Origin: Amoebidium appalachense
Lineage: Eukaryota > Protista > Ichthyosporea
Length of the DNA stretch: 64,000 nucleotides
Direction: 5' to 3'
Assembly: GCA_963693365.1 (NCBI GenBank)
Contig: CAVNZM010000006.1
Coordinates: forward strand, 8,163,264 to 8,227,263
The position numbers and the translations under genes were made by a program. The stretch's first letter is position 1; the number at the start of each line of letters is the position of its first letter. Under the pieces are notes generated by a model. The model did not search any database, was not told the DNA's origin, and worked only from the letters and a program-made list of their open reading frames with translations. Of this stretch, positions 35,158 through 48,191 are shown piece by piece.

Positions 35158-36786
35158 TCAACTCATTGGTCCAGGACCATGATCAATGGCATGCCACCTA
35201 ATCCAACGAGGCTCAGACATTATACTTGCACCCCTCCTCCCAGGCCTTCGGGTGCCGCTTGAACTGGCCCTCATGGCATACTCAAAGCGTGCATGCAGTA
35301 CCTGAGTCAAAAACTGATCCAAGGTATGAATTGATACGACCATTCGCGTGAACGTTGTCCACCCGACGCACGCAAACACATGATGAGGCTTCAACCAGGT
35401 AAACAACGTGGACACCGTAAACATAACCACCAAAAATGAAAAACTGCGAATGTTAGAATACAGGTCATTAAAGTGGATCGACGCGCTCCGCGCCTTATAC
35501 GCATAGTATGCCAACACGGGCGCAAACACGGTCGGAAGTGCCACTAGACCCGCGATAGCGTACACAGCACCTTCCGGGCGGTGTAGATATACTACTCTCC
35601 ACACAATAAACCCCGGCATCGCCAAAACCACAGCCAAAATTGAATATCCTGCGGAACCCAAAAGGAGGTCCTTTTCCTTCAGCTGGTTGAGACTCGGCCC
35701 AAACACGTGCGCAATCATTCGTTGTCGCAGGACCATGACCGAAAACCACGACGCAAACAGGAAAATCTGTATCGTGTACGCGGCAAAGATGTAGTTTGCG
35801 GCCAGTACGAGCCGCTCTTGCAAGACCTCAGGTTGGCGGTAATCGAGATCCATTGAAAATTCGTTTAATTGGTATTGGCTTGCGGCCGCCATGTGCAGGC
35901 TGTTGGCGACAACCAAAAGTGCAAAGGTGAATATTAAAACAAGGTACAGTTGCCCCCTCGACCGGACGACTGGGTGCCTCCGATTTAGGCACACGATGCA
36001 CACGATAAGCAGGAATGGAACAAGGTTCAGCACGGTAAAAACCATTTCCAAAAAAAAGAGCCCCGTGGACTTTTGCAAGGCGACCTTCATCGTCGTTCTG
36101 AAATCTGCCACCCCAGCGTCCAGCATTGCATTTGCCCGGGCCATTTCAGTCTCATTCCCCGCCGCACTCGCCATCATTCTAGAATGATTTGCGTGGGTAG
36201 CTTTCAATGCATCTGCACTATTGAAAACAAGCGCATACGGCGCAACCATTGTCGTCCTGGCACACAAATACAGAAATATTGCCTCCATGGCGATGGTTAT
36301 CAGCATCACGGTGAAATTCGCTACAAAAGTCAAGCGTAGGTACGACTTTGCAAGTCGTAACCGCTTCGCCCTTAATATTCTCCTGTCTGCTTCCACCGTC
36401 AGCGACAGATTTTGCGCCGTGGATGGTGGCACGTTTGTATCATGTCTTGCTGTTTCGTGATGCGTCTCCACCGTCACACTTCTTCGTGTCTCATTCGCAC
36501 CGTCTTTGAACATAACTTGCTTGGACTTGCAAGAGAAATTGTCGACCGACTCGACGAGACAAGATTCCCGTGCGCGTGACTGAGAATTACTCCCGCTAGA
36601 GCCCGGATCATCCTTGGTGACATTTTGACCCTCCTGGGTTTTCTTGCTACATTCATCTAGGTTTGGGGCCCTCACACTATCTATGACTTGATCACCTTCC
36701 AATAACTCTACGGGTTGGTGTCTCTGTGCTTCTTTGTCAACTGGCAAACCGGACGCCATGGGATGCTCAGGCTGACCTAGGTCCAT
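35158..36786 (-). CDS. Intronless multi-pass membrane protein (about 8 hydrophobic segments; possible divergent 7TM receptor)
   Basis: 542-aa clean ORF: polar N-terminus, then hydrophobic helices. RRHPVVRSRG after a TM and HFND before a late TM resemble loops of class C-like/RGS-type 7TM proteins. Confidence 0.75.
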   Translation of the reverse strand: MDLGQPEHPMASGLPVDKEAQRHQPVELLEGDQVIDSVRAPNLDECSKKTQEGQNVTKDDPGSSGSNSQSRARESCLVESVDNFSCKSKQVMFKDGANETRRSVTVETHHETARHDTNVPPSTAQNLSLTVEADRRILRAKRLRLAKSYLRLTFVANFTVMLITIAMEAIFLYLCARTTMVAPYALVFNSADALKATHANHSRMMASAAGNETEMARANAMLDAGVADFRTTMKVALQKSTGLFFLEMVFTVLNLVPFLLIVCIVCLNRRHPVVRSRGQLYLVLIFTFALLVVANSLHMAAASQYQLNEFSMDLDYRQPEVLQERLVLAANYIFAAYTIQIFLFASWFSVMVLRQRMIAHVFGPSLNQLKEKDLLLGSAGYSILAVVLAMPGFIVWRVVYLHRPEGAVYAIAGLVALPTVFAPVLAYYAYKARSASIHFNDLYSNIRSFSFLVVMFTVSTLFTWLKPHHVFACVGWTTFTRMVVSIHTLDQFLTQVLHARFEYAMRASSSGTRRPGRRGASIMSEPRWIRWHAIDHGPGPMS

Positions 36787-37559
36787 TTCCAGGTCAGACG
36801 TTGTTTAAGTTGTTGTGTGTGTGCTGTAGATAGAGTGGGAGAGCCATGGGTTTTCTTTTTGCCCCCGGCATTGCTTGCCACGCGTTAATTACGTGCATTG
36901 AAACATGGAATTGCAGCCTACGACAGTGTACATTTATCAAGTAAATTACAACGTATATATGCACTCGTGCAAAGGCATATTAGGCCTAAATCGTGGTTTT
37001 TGGTCAGTTTGTAGTGCTGGGAGGTGGCTGGACACAATGCATCTTGAAATGCGGCATTTGCAACTTTTGTGCCTAATCAGCATCCAATAATATCAGATCT
37101 GAAATACATACTTCTTGTGCCGTCACTCTTTACTCGCCCCAGTGAGTCATCGTGATTTGGTGCCCGCGAACAAGGTCACCAGAAGAATCATTGGACTCGC
37201 GTTACTGCATTTTTCTGCATTGAACAAGTAACCAAGTAACCTGAGTAACAGAGGCCCCTTTGTTCACACACATATACAGCACATACTTAGCATGTAATAT
37301 AGGAAACCTTGAAAGCCCAGAAATCCTAAGCTTGACGTAGTGTTTTTGAGTTTGTTTAGGTATCCCGTATACTTTTGTTCCCATGTGGCTGACCAATCAA
37401 ATCGATCAGCTGCACCGCCATGTGTGACGTAGATATACATCGTCACCCCAGAAAAGGAAGCCCCCCAGATCAATAAACATCACGATGTAAATTTTCTTTT
37501 GACTGGATTTATTCGACGGAAAGATAGGCAAGTATGCACGGCATACTGACAAGAAGACA

Positions 37560-40500
37560 ATAAAAACTTCACGAGTTATCCAGTAACAAGTGCATACTGA
37601 GATACCTGAACACTGTGTGAAAATCATATAAATACTCAATGTGACGACCAACAGATTTAAACAAAAAGTCTAAAGTGTTCACGTTGCCAGCTAGTGTAGC
37701 AGACACCCGTAGGGAAAGAGGTAAAACGCGACATAAAAACTCACACCTATCAACATGCTTGCGATTAAAAAGGTCAGCACAAAAGTGGCACCAGCGGCGA
37801 TGAAAACAAGAATTACAGCGCCACTGCACAACTTCCCAGGCAATAACAACATCAGAGCACCATACAGACTTATCTACGAGGGTGGTATCCATACGTACAG
37901 CAGGAGAAATGTATCCTGCCAAAGCTCCCAAAAAGCGATAATGATCAGTACGGTGTTGCCTAAGGAACATAACACATGCCGACTGAGTTTTACCTTTGAT
38001 TTCTCTATCAGAACGAGAAAGAAACTTATACTGCGTATGGTAGTAACGCGAAAAGGCAGAAAAAACAGGAAGAGAAAAGAAAGAGGGAGTGAGATAGCGA
38101 GAGGAAGAATCAGGTTGAAAGAGGGTAGGCTGAGGACATTCAGAAGTAGCGTTGGTGAATCGAGGGGGAAGAGGGATGGAGGGAGGGGGGGGGAACTTGA
38201 AGAAAGCATAAAGAGGGTGACCATCAGGTAGCCTAACTAAATGAAAACAAAAACGAAGAGACAATTCCTCCATACAACAAACAGCAGACGACAATCCAAA
38301 CATACTGATTAAGGGAGGCACAAACCGAGTACGAAAAAAAGTGCGCAGCGCAGTACCCTGAAAATCGTCGAACTCTTTCAGCGCCATGGCCGCCTCGCGA
38401 GGTGGGGCGCAGGCCAATAGCGGAAGTCCATATTCGAAAGTCGGCCGTAAAAAAGTTTTATAGTAGAGAAGAAGGTTCGCAGGATGGATCATAGACTCCT
38501 GTTGAAACATATTTGACACGATGTGAAGCTTACCCTTCGCACGAGCGATCCGTGCCGTGAGGAGCTTGCGGAAATCAATACCCCGTGCAGTAAAAGGAAT
38601 ACCCAAATAGTCATAGGTGCTCTGAACAGGAATAGGAAGACCGGCCAATCGAAAGGAAGTGTTCTTCGAAAAAGTAGCACACTTTGCAATTCCGACTGTC
38701 ATGAGATTCTCGGTGCACCATTGATCCACCTGACGAAGCATCTGGTGCATGACATCTTCGGTTAAGGAACAAAGAACAATATTGTCCGCAAAAAGGAGAC
38801 CCGGTTAACACGGCGGGTATGCAGTTGGCCAAAGGGTTCGAGGGCGCAGGCTAAATCGTCAATGAAAACGTCAAACAACAACGGACTCAGGAGGGACCCC
38901 TGCAGAAGACCCCGAGAACGGGAAAAACCGGGTGTTAATGTTCCATTGACCGCCGCTCGTCCGCGAGTGGTATCGAACAACGCTTGCAGAAGACGGCCAA
39001 AGGGGGCTGGTAAGCCCCGCATAGCCAGCTTATGCCATAACAAACCAGTGGGTACGGTGTCGTAGGCGTTCTTAAGGTCGATGAAGACAACGTGTGGAGA
39101 GCCAGAAGTAATGGATTCATGGAGTAACAGACTGTGAGTATAACACGAATAGGCATGACGAAAGCCCCCTTGAAGGGAAGAAAGACGGAACACGGCGTTT
39201 AAAGAATCGTCGGTGTTAAACGCGCGAAGCATGCAACCCTCGAAGAGCCGACGAAAAACGTTGGTAAGTGTGACGGGACGAAAGTCGTTAATGACCCCCT
39301 GCGACACCTTCTTACGAACGGGCGTAACGATTGTGTCAAGCCACGAATTTGGAATCAACCCGAGTTCGAAAAAAGCCGAAAAAACTCACTAAGAAGGACA
39401 GCAAAAGGCGGGGGCGGGGGGGACTCTGCACGATTACGGGGCGGAAGCACGGGAGAAAGAACCTTGAAAAGCACGGGAGGAAGAGCATCCGGCCCGCACG
39501 CCTTGCGGGGTTTTAATGCCCGTATAGCACCAAAAACAGCCGAAGAGTTGAAATAACTATGAAAAGTGCCCGGGAACGATCGGTCCGGCTCCCAACTCGG
39601 CGGCTGGGAGAGGCCAGCGGGCGGTGATGGAACCGTGGACACGTTAGGAAGCGAAAATAGGGAAGCATAATAGTCATCGACAGGTTCAGCGACGGAGATG
39701 GAAGGAGACGGGGCATAGACTTGCACGGAAGGCCCAAACCGACCGGCGGATTTCCAGACCGATAATGCTTCCTGTAGAGGCAACAACTGTCGTAGGGACT
39801 GCAAAACGTGAGACTGTCTCAGCCGAACGGAAGGGTACTCAACCGTGCCCACCACCTGCTCGCCAAGGGCAAATAGGAACTCAACAAACTCATTATAACA
39901 AACCTCCAAAATAGCCGGGTTCCGCTGCGCACGGGCTGCGGCAAGAAAGAAGCCATGAACCTACTCATACTCCTTGACAGCGAGTAACTGGTTTAACTTG
40001 TGCTTGAAACCGCGAGATAAGAGGCGGCGGTTAGTCTGAGAGTAGCCCCGCCGAAGTGAACAGGGAAGGAAACCGAAAATTCTACAGGGGAATGGTCCGA
40101 ACTACGCCGAAAGGAATCGGGTGGGGAAATTACTCGAAGCCTTAGGGTGGAGTCCCAAAACGAGGCACCCCAGTCAGTCGCGTGGTTAGCAAAAACGCGA
40201 GGAAGAGGGACATGGTGCTTTCGAAGAAGGTTGGCGAGGACACGAGCACGGTCAGAAAAAGGACGAAACTGTGCTGGGGACGGGGTATGTTCCCTATCAC
40301 ACGGAACCACTGGACAATTGAAGTCACCAATAAAAACTTGAGAAACGGGAATTTGGTTAAACACGGCTGATAAAGTGTCAGTACCTAACGATAAAGGAAA
40401 GTACACGAAAGACAAAGTCCACGCACGAAACTGAATGGTGACGAAATACTCATGCGCCGCAATGACCCTGCAATCCCAACGAATGCTAGGATTGGCTAAA

Positions 40501-40700
40501 ACCGCGATGCCGCCGCGGTAGAAACCAGTCGATGACGACGACCCAATGTAAATGGGGCTTCCGGGGCCCGGGTACCATATCAGGAGCGGGCAATTTTTGA
40601 ATTCTCCCTCCCCGGCCCCGCCGGGGAAAATTTGAGGTTTTTGGACCTCAAAGAAGTCAAATCCTGCAAAATCCACTACCGGGAGGCCAAAAAGGGTGAT
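37560..40700 (-). mobile_element. Degenerate non-LTR retrotransposon (LINE): APE endonuclease plus reverse transcriptase, split by frameshifts
   Basis: APE motifs GGIAVL, VYFP, IGDFN, SDH (39993-40835). RT motifs KACGPD, FRPVTL, QGGFR, FIDLKNAYDTV, GLLQGSLLSPLLF, YDYLGI (37569-39909). Confidence 0.93.
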
Positions 40701-42075
40701 TTCACAAAAAAGGAGGGTCATACATGAAAAAGAGAAAATGGGCGAGTTCAGTGGGCTGCCGATAAGTATATTTCGTGCTGGGCCGGTATACATGCTGCCG
40801 TGGTTGTTGCTGTAGACGGCAGTATGGCATTGCATGTGTCACGTGACATGCACGTGAATACGACCATGTGCAGGCACTGAGTCTAGGGGGATTTGTGTGT
40901 GTGTTTTGGAGCACCGACAAGGCAGAGCCAGGGTGAGGGATGTGTAAACATGGAGTTTAGGGAGATCGTGCTGCTATTGTAACATGTGCACAAAACAGCC
41001 ACGTGCACCACACTCCGGTGTACAGAACAATAATACGCACATTATTGCGTCACTGTAATATCATGTATGCGCATGCCGCACAAGGTTTAGGAGACCACCA
41101 CAGTATATGCTATTTTCTTTTGGTTGATATCCATGTAGGAATGGTGTGTTGCAGTTGTCATGATCAGCCTGAGGCAGGCACGTGCACTCACTGAATTACT
41201 AGAACTCATGAATAAAAAATACATTCGCTAAAAATGGCAAGGTAAATTTGGGGCCAAGCTATTATTTCCCCCTTTTAAACGTTTTTTTAGCTCCAAGAAC
41301 TTCGACGCCAAAATTTCTATATTTGGCCATCGTATATGATAATGAACACGTGTACTTAAAGTAGTTATATAAATATGAGCGGCCCATTACAAATACAGTG
41401 ACGAAAAACAGTGACCCACGAGCAGTTTTTCTTTCTATCCCCCCCGTATGATCTCAGCAACTTTAAAGTAGTCACAAAGTTTAGTTATTTTCATTATTTT
41501 CATTGCTCTGAACTCTATTACTCTGAAGCTTTAACGATCACCGTGCATGTGCCGCAAGATAACAACCCTATATGTGTGCAGCTGCAGCCTGCAGGTTAGA
41601 CTCGCTGAAAAGACAATTGTCAGTGTGCATCCGACGCTTGCAGCTGCAGCTAGCCTCTGCAACATTAATACTTGCCAAGTGAATGCTCTTACACTTGATC
41701 ATCATTCACTCAAAAAACCGAGGACCGACAGATTAAATATTAATGTCGATCCGAATGATCAGCAAGTGTCTATGTGTACTACTACTATATACACACACAC
41801 GTAAAAAGCGAAGCTATCAGTTACAAGGCACACCTGCTGCACTGGCACACATACACATACACACCGGCAGATCGATGCTGTCAAAATTTACTTTCATGTA
41901 CTTCGTAGGTCCGACACAGGTGCACATGAACACGTACATATGTGCAAGCTGCGCACACACCACACCACACATACACACACACACACACTCTCACACACAC
42001 ACACGGACACACGCACGCACGCACACACACACACGCACACACACACGCACGCGCGCGCGCGCGCGCGCGCGCGCA

Positions 42076-42129
<54 letters not shown>

Positions 42130-42649
42130 TACACACATCACTGGGTGCGCTCGCTGGGGATTAGTTTTTTGGCACACTGTTGACTTTATCGTGTGTTTAT
42201 TATTTGCTATTTATTGGCCAGCGGCCAACATTTAAAAATATATATACCTAAAAATAAATACTGACTGCGGCCAGCAGACATTATACACCTTCCAAGACAC
42301 ATGAACACCAATAGTCTAACACACCATACTCTCGATCACAAAGAATTACTAACGAACAGAGAAAAGTGCAAAGGCTCTGTACTATTACTCAGATTCTAAA
42401 TTTTAATTCTTAACAGTAAACTTCGGAATGAAAGCTAGTCCCCCCCCCCCCCTTAACATGACTGTACGAAGAACAGGTATAACTTGAAGCGCTACAACAC
42501 ATATGAGATCCGCTACATTGGTGTACATTCCAATATTAGACACTAGTTTGGCTACTCCGAGTCTGACTACTCTGAGATCCTGATTGGCTGCCTGCAGACT
42601 TGCGGCCACGATTACTTTGCTTTCGATCGTGCCATTGCAGCTGCGTCTC

Positions 42650-44158
42650 TCCAGCAGGTGGCAACGCCAGGCCCAGCACAGCAGATGCACGAGAAGGGGG
42701 TGGGACTCGGAACTGCCCACCAGCCGAGGGCTGGCCCACATGGCCCAAGTAAGGACTCCATGGGGACCGTGCTGCGGCAGTAGCCCAGGCATGGGGAAGG
42801 CAGGGCCGAGCTGAGGCGGCATGATGCCCCACGGTGGGGGCCAGCCATGTGGGTGATGAGGGCCTGGATGGGGTGCAGGGGGCATGTGCGGCACATGGCC
42901 CTGCTGCATGTCAAGCGCGGGTGCTGGTGGCATGGCATCCTGATTGGCTGCAACCCAACATGGGCAGCTCTTGGCCCGATTGGAGCCGGGGCAGCCCTTG
43001 CCCTGGCGGCCACACGCCTTGCAGGTCTTGGGGGCTCTCTGGGGTGGCTGCATAGGAGGGGGCACCGGCAAATCCATCTGCAGGGGCCCCTCAGGGCCAA
43101 TGTTGCGATGCTTCTTGCCCACACGCATGGGCAAGGGCCGCTCACGCTGCGCCCCTGCATCGACACCGTCTGGAACAGGGAGGGGTGGCAGGGGGGCAGG
43201 CCGTATGGTTGCTGGCACAGCGTCTGCCCTCTCCTCGCGCATACGCTTGCGGTGATCTGCCAGGCCCTCGTGTGTGGAGCGCTGTGCATGTGCCGTCTGC
43301 CAGGTCTTCCACTTGTCGAAATGCTTCTTGATGTAGGCCGCATCCTTCATGTAGATTCCCCCAGCCGCAGAGGCAGCCTTGTTGAAGTCTTGGGCCAAAA
43401 CCTCGAACAGCTGCCAGTGGCCGTTGGGCTTTGCATGTGCCTTGTAGGTGCCCAGGAGCAGCGTGCTGAATAGCTTGCGCTCCTGAGGGGTAAGCACCGG
43501 AAGGAACGGGATGGCTACATGTTGCTTCTGCGCCAGGAACTTGTAGTCGCCCCTCAGTGCAGGGTCCGGCTGTGGTGCACCACGCGCCACCTGGTTGCCC
43601 CCCCCCCATGGCAGCACCGTCACCCTCCTCGACCTCACAGTCCTCTCGCCCGCCCATTACGCCATTGGCTGCAGGCTCGTTGTTATCAGACGGAGGTGGG
43701 GGTGCGGGCACCGCAACTGGCTCCTGCGCCGGGGCATTGGCCACACAGGAGAGCGGGGCAAAGTTGAAGTACTCCTCCGGTAGCTTGTAGCAGCCCACGG
43801 GTACCCACTGGTGGTCGAGGTGATGGCCGTACAGCATCAGGGCCAGTGCCTCCATGTCGTCAACAATCCAGGGGCTGTAGTGGGGGGGGCCCGATGCCTG
43901 GCCCAGGCGGTTGCGGTAGTGTGCACGCAGGTTGTGGCGGTGGCGCCTATTGGACATGGTGGCGTCCAGCAGGCGCAGCGACATGCGTGTGGCCCCAAAG
44001 TGGGTGGCCAGGGGGTTGTGCACTGCCCCCTCCACCTCGTTGGTGCCCCGGATGCAGCGGTAGCGCATGAGCCCATCTGCGTCGGCAGTGGTCTCGTAGT
44101 AGAGGGGCAGGCCGGGGGGGTCCGACAGACAGCCATTTTGGGCGTGTTCGAGCAGCGA
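42650..44158 (-). mobile_element. 3' exon of a frameshifted DDE transposase-like gene (Mutator/ISL3-like catalytic-Glu region)
   Basis: GC-rich ORFs with GCLSDPPGLPLYY..YRCIRGTNEVEGAVH and a C-terminal CxxC..C..C motif. Acceptor CACAG at 44159-44163; frameshift near 43600. The superfamily call is tentative. Confidence 0.65.
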
Positions 44159-44218
44159 CTGTGGGGGCACAAGCAAACATCAGAGAGATGGGTGGGTGGT
44201 GGTGGCGGTAGTGTGTGT

Positions 44219-44249
<31 letters not shown>

Positions 44250-44326
44250 GGGGATGGGGTTGCTCAGGACAAAAAGGAGCAGGGAAAGGCAAAAAACAAC
44301 TGGCTAGGCAGCAAGGGCCGTGCGGG

Positions 44327-44406
<80 letters not shown>

Positions 44407-44554
44407 ATGTTTGGGGGGGGGGGGGGGAGGGGGGAGGGGAGGGAGGCTAGGGTGTGCGTGTGTGTGCAGATGAACCAAGGATGACAAATAAGCGAAGAAT
44501 CTTTCTGTGGTGGTGGAGTTGTTGGGCGCCTGCGGGGGGAGGGGGGGGGGGGGA

Positions 44555-44921
44555 TGTTGCCTCGAGTGACATATACTAATCCGTCTCAGCAGATCAGCCT
44601 AAGTCTACGATCGAGATCGGGGGGGGGGGGGGGGGGGGGGGGTGGCCCGGGTCCACAGATCATCAAGTCCGGGGCCTCAAGATAGCTGTACAGCTGCGTG
44701 CATCTTGCCTCTGCCGGCGCAGGGCAGGACCACGTCAGCTGGAGCAGCCGACCAATAGAATTCTAATTAGTGTGTAGGATAGATCAGTTGGAGGACTTAG
44801 GAATGTGATATGTTCGGGCAGAACTGCCCTTTTGTAAATATTGGCAAGTTTTGATAGTGTATGTTGCCAAACGTATTTATATATTTCGATGTAGAGGAAA
44901 GGGGGGAGGGAGGGGGGGGGA
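44555..44921 (+). mobile_element. Truncated LTR-like repeat (same family as 48192-48958), cut by the copia 3' LTR
   Basis: 44567-44921 aligns closely with 48192-48550. It is preceded by a G-rich polypurine tract and TGTTG. Confidence 0.7.
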
Positions 44922-45651
44922 TGTTGTTTTGTACGGGTCTAAGGGAGCAGAGTGCACAGAGGTGTCATGTAAAACACGACTAACACATTAATGAGAGGGC
45001 AATCGGAGTTGTTCACGAGACATTGAAAGATTTCAAACAACAACTGATTCTTTATTGTGCTCTCGGTTCCTTTTGTACTTGTGACTTATCACCTTATCAC
45101 AACTAAAGAGGGAGAACCAATCGGTTCTATCAGAAGATAGAAAAACACATTCCGTCAGAGCATACGCATTCCAACTTCCGATTAAACTAAAGTTTTAGAA
45201 ACTCTTACTTAAATAAATTAAGTAATTATACATCTAGTCACTATTAACTCACATATATATTTATGTTCGTCTCTATAAAGAAACTTATTTAAATACATAT
45301 TATTTCCTAATAGTCGACACTCTCAAAGTGAAGACACTTTGCAATAAACCGAATTCCATATATATCTATTGTCCAATCACAACACACATATATTAACAGA
45401 CAGGAATGCACAACACGATCTACAGATGTACTCGCTCGCGACTATCGGCGAGCCATCCTTTTGAGAACAAAACTAAGCCATTTTGAAATAAAGGAAAGAC
45501 AACGAGTGAGGCTAGCCAATCACGCTACCTCTCAGATAAACAGAGGAGAGCAAACAGAAATAAAATACAATAAGTTCTTATCAGGCAAGAGAGCCAGGTG
45601 TGCACAGATCTACAGATATCTGTGCCCACAGAAACGAGGGAGAGAGAGATA

Positions 45652-45682
<31 letters not shown>

Positions 45683-45684
45683 GG

Positions 45685-45742
<58 letters not shown>

Positions 45743-45834
45743 ACAAAGAAGGAAAGCAGACACGAATACAAACAAGCTAAGACACATACATACTTCAAGG
45801 CTCTTGCTGTCATACATGGTGACGTATTCCAACA
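44922..45834 (-). repeat. Copia 3' LTR (~913 bp, TGTTG...CAACA)
   Basis: Terminal inverted TGTTG/CAACA, adjacent PPT at 45835-45844, near-identical to 51540-52433 in the opposite orientation. Confidence 0.95.
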
Positions 45835-46565
45835 TCCCCACTCAAGGGGTTGAAGTTTGTGTTCTCGTGTCTGTTGATGTGACGGTAGATGAGGTCCAAA
45901 CACAGGAGGGGCCGTCACACTCAAGTTTCCCCACTCGAGGATGCAAACCGAAGATCCTTGAGGTAGGAAGGAGAAAATCAAAAACTGAAGAGGCACACAA
46001 CGACGGTTGTGTCCTCTGAAGACTCGGAACAATAAATCATGGTGGTTATCGGAGATATATATATATATAGAGGAAACACTAGTGTATGTGTGACGTGTTG
46101 GTGGCTAATGTTTTATACTGGGGACCACCCAGGTAAACACAAGGCATGAACATCTTGTGGACTGATTTATAGACTGGTTGTCAACCAGTAAGACACGGGG
46201 AACTTCTTGAAGGTTCATCCCGTGGACTAGGTTTAGACTGGCAGTCAACCAGCACGCCATGGCTATAGATAATTATTTATACTGGGACGCCATCCCAGTT
46301 CGACATATATATAAAGTCGAATATAGAAGAAAACCAATATATATGGTGGGATATGAATATAAATAAACGACGGATGGTGGAGAATAATCCCCACTGAAGA
46401 TGCACACACATGACGATGTAAGACAGAGTCCCCACTGATGAAGAGAAACGATGAGGAGTAGTAGACTTTCGTTGGGAGGCATCTTGATCACCGTAGGTGT
46501 GTCAACTGCTGTCAAGGGCCCCAACCTACTCAGAAACCACTCGATGATGAACACCAGTGCACGGG

Positions 46566-47978
46566 TCAGTCACGGAGACTGAGGTTGGCACGGTGTGTGT
46601 CGTGGGCCGGGCCAGCCAGAGGCTTGGTGAAGATGTCGGCCAGGTTCTTCTTGGTGTCGATGTAGGTGACAGTGACGTCCCCACTGTTGATGTAGTCCTT
46701 GGTGTTGAAGTAACGAACGGCAATGTGCTTGGTCCGGTGCTTGATGGTGTTGGAGTGGACCAGAGCAATGGTGGACTGATTGTCACAGTACACGCCGGGG
46801 GTGGGCTCGGTCATGGGGTAGCCCAGCTCCTTTAGTAGATCACGGTGCCAGACAACATCTTGCACGGCAGCATTGAGGGCCAGGAGCTCGGCCTCACAGG
46901 TGGAAGTTGCAGTGATCGTCTGCAGCTTGGAGTGGTAGGTGACGGGGGTGCCTTCGAGGAGGATGACGTACCCAGACGTGGAACGACGGGTGGTGGGGCA
47001 ACCAGCAAAGTCAGAATCCGAGTAGCACTCAAGGATGGGCACCTTGCTGTTGGGGGCCTTCTTCTTGTAGTAGAGGCCGAGGTTGATGGTGCCGAGCAGG
47101 TAACGAACGACACGGAGGAGAAGCTCCCAGGCAGTCTTGGTGGGCTTGGAGCTGAATCGGCCGAGGTAGCCAATGGCATACGAGATGTCAGGCCGGGAGC
47201 ACCGAGCAACCCACAGCAGACGGCCGAGGAGTTCACGGTAGGGTACGGTGGTGGGCAGGGATGATAGGGAGGTCTCGTTGATGATGGTGCCCACGGGAAT
47301 AGGGGTGGCCTTAGGCTTGGCATCGACCAGGTTGAAGTCGGTGATGATGTCCTTGATGTAGGAGGACTGCAGCAGCTTGAGGGAGTCACGGGTGTACAGC
47401 AGTTGGGTGCCGAGGAAGATGTCTGGCAGACCGACCTTGCACTCGGCAGACTTCGTGATGTGACGAACAAGTCCCTGCATGATGGTGGAGTGCCGTGTGC
47501 AGGTGATGATGGCATCATCAACGTAGTTGCCCGAACGGATGATGTGCCCGTTGGGGAACTGACGGAAGTAGACACACGGATCGGAACGGAGACGGGTGAG
47601 GCCGTGGGCAATGAGAATGGAGTTGAAGAACTCGTACCATGCCAGGGATGCCTGTTTGAGTCCGTAGATGGCCTTCTTGAGTTTCCAGACTTTGTGTTCA
47701 TTGCCAGGGAGGATAAAACCAGGAGGTTGCTCCATGTACAAAGTCTCGTCGAGGGGGCTGTTGAGGAAGGCCGTGCTGATGTCGAGTTGATGGATCTCGT
47801 GGTCCTGTTGCACACCGAGGGCAAGCAGGGCACGGACGGAGGAGGACATGACGACGGGGGAAGAGTTTTTACCGTAGTCAACACCGTAGACTTGGGTGAA
47901 ACCCTTGGCCACACCACGACCCTTGATCTTGGTGTCACCAGCAGAGTTCAAGTGAGGACCTTCTCCGTGACAATCCAC
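46566..47978 (-). CDS. Copia reverse transcriptase-RNase H (pol C-terminal part, frameshifted from upstream)
   Basis: KGFTQVYGVDY, HQLDISTAFLN, LKKAIYGLKQA, DPCVY, RPDISYA, RTKHIAVRY. Confidence 0.9.
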   Translation of the reverse strand: MDCHGEGPHLNSAGDTKIKGRGVAKGFTQVYGVDYGKNSSPVVMSSSVRALLALGVQQDHEIHQLDISTAFLNSPLDETLYMEQPPGFILPGNEHKVWKLKKAIYGLKQASLAWYEFFNSILIAHGLTRLRSDPCVYFRQFPNGHIIRSGNYVDDAIITCTRHSTIMQGLVRHITKSAECKVGLPDIFLGTQLLYTRDSLKLLQSSYIKDIITDFNLVDAKPKATPIPVGTIINETSLSSLPTTVPYRELLGRLLWVARCSRPDISYAIGYLGRFSSKPTKTAWELLLRVVRYLLGTINLGLYYKKKAPNSKVPILECYSDSDFAGCPTTRRSTSGYVILLEGTPVTYHSKLQTITATSTCEAELLALNAAVQDVVWHRDLLKELGYPMTEPTPGVYCDNQSTIALVHSNTIKHRTKHIAVRYFNTKDYINSGDVTVTYIDTKKNLADIFTKPLAGPAHDTHRANLSLRD

Positions 47979-48191
47979 TTGAATCGGATGATGTTGGCAT
48001 CGGAGGGGGGCTCAACTACGTCGAAGATGTCCTTGTCGATGAAAGCCTTGTACTCGGCAGTGAGGGCAGTCACCACTTCATCACCCTTGGTGCCGGAGCA
48101 CAGCTTCTGAATTGACCGCGGCAGCTGAGACACATCAAGGCTGGGTCGGGAGATGCTCACCATAGCCATGGCAGGCCGGGAGGAGAGACGG

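Noticed and set aside
41170-41540. AT-rich stretch as a DNA-transposon terminus
   Set aside because: No inverted partner or TSD is visible in the window.
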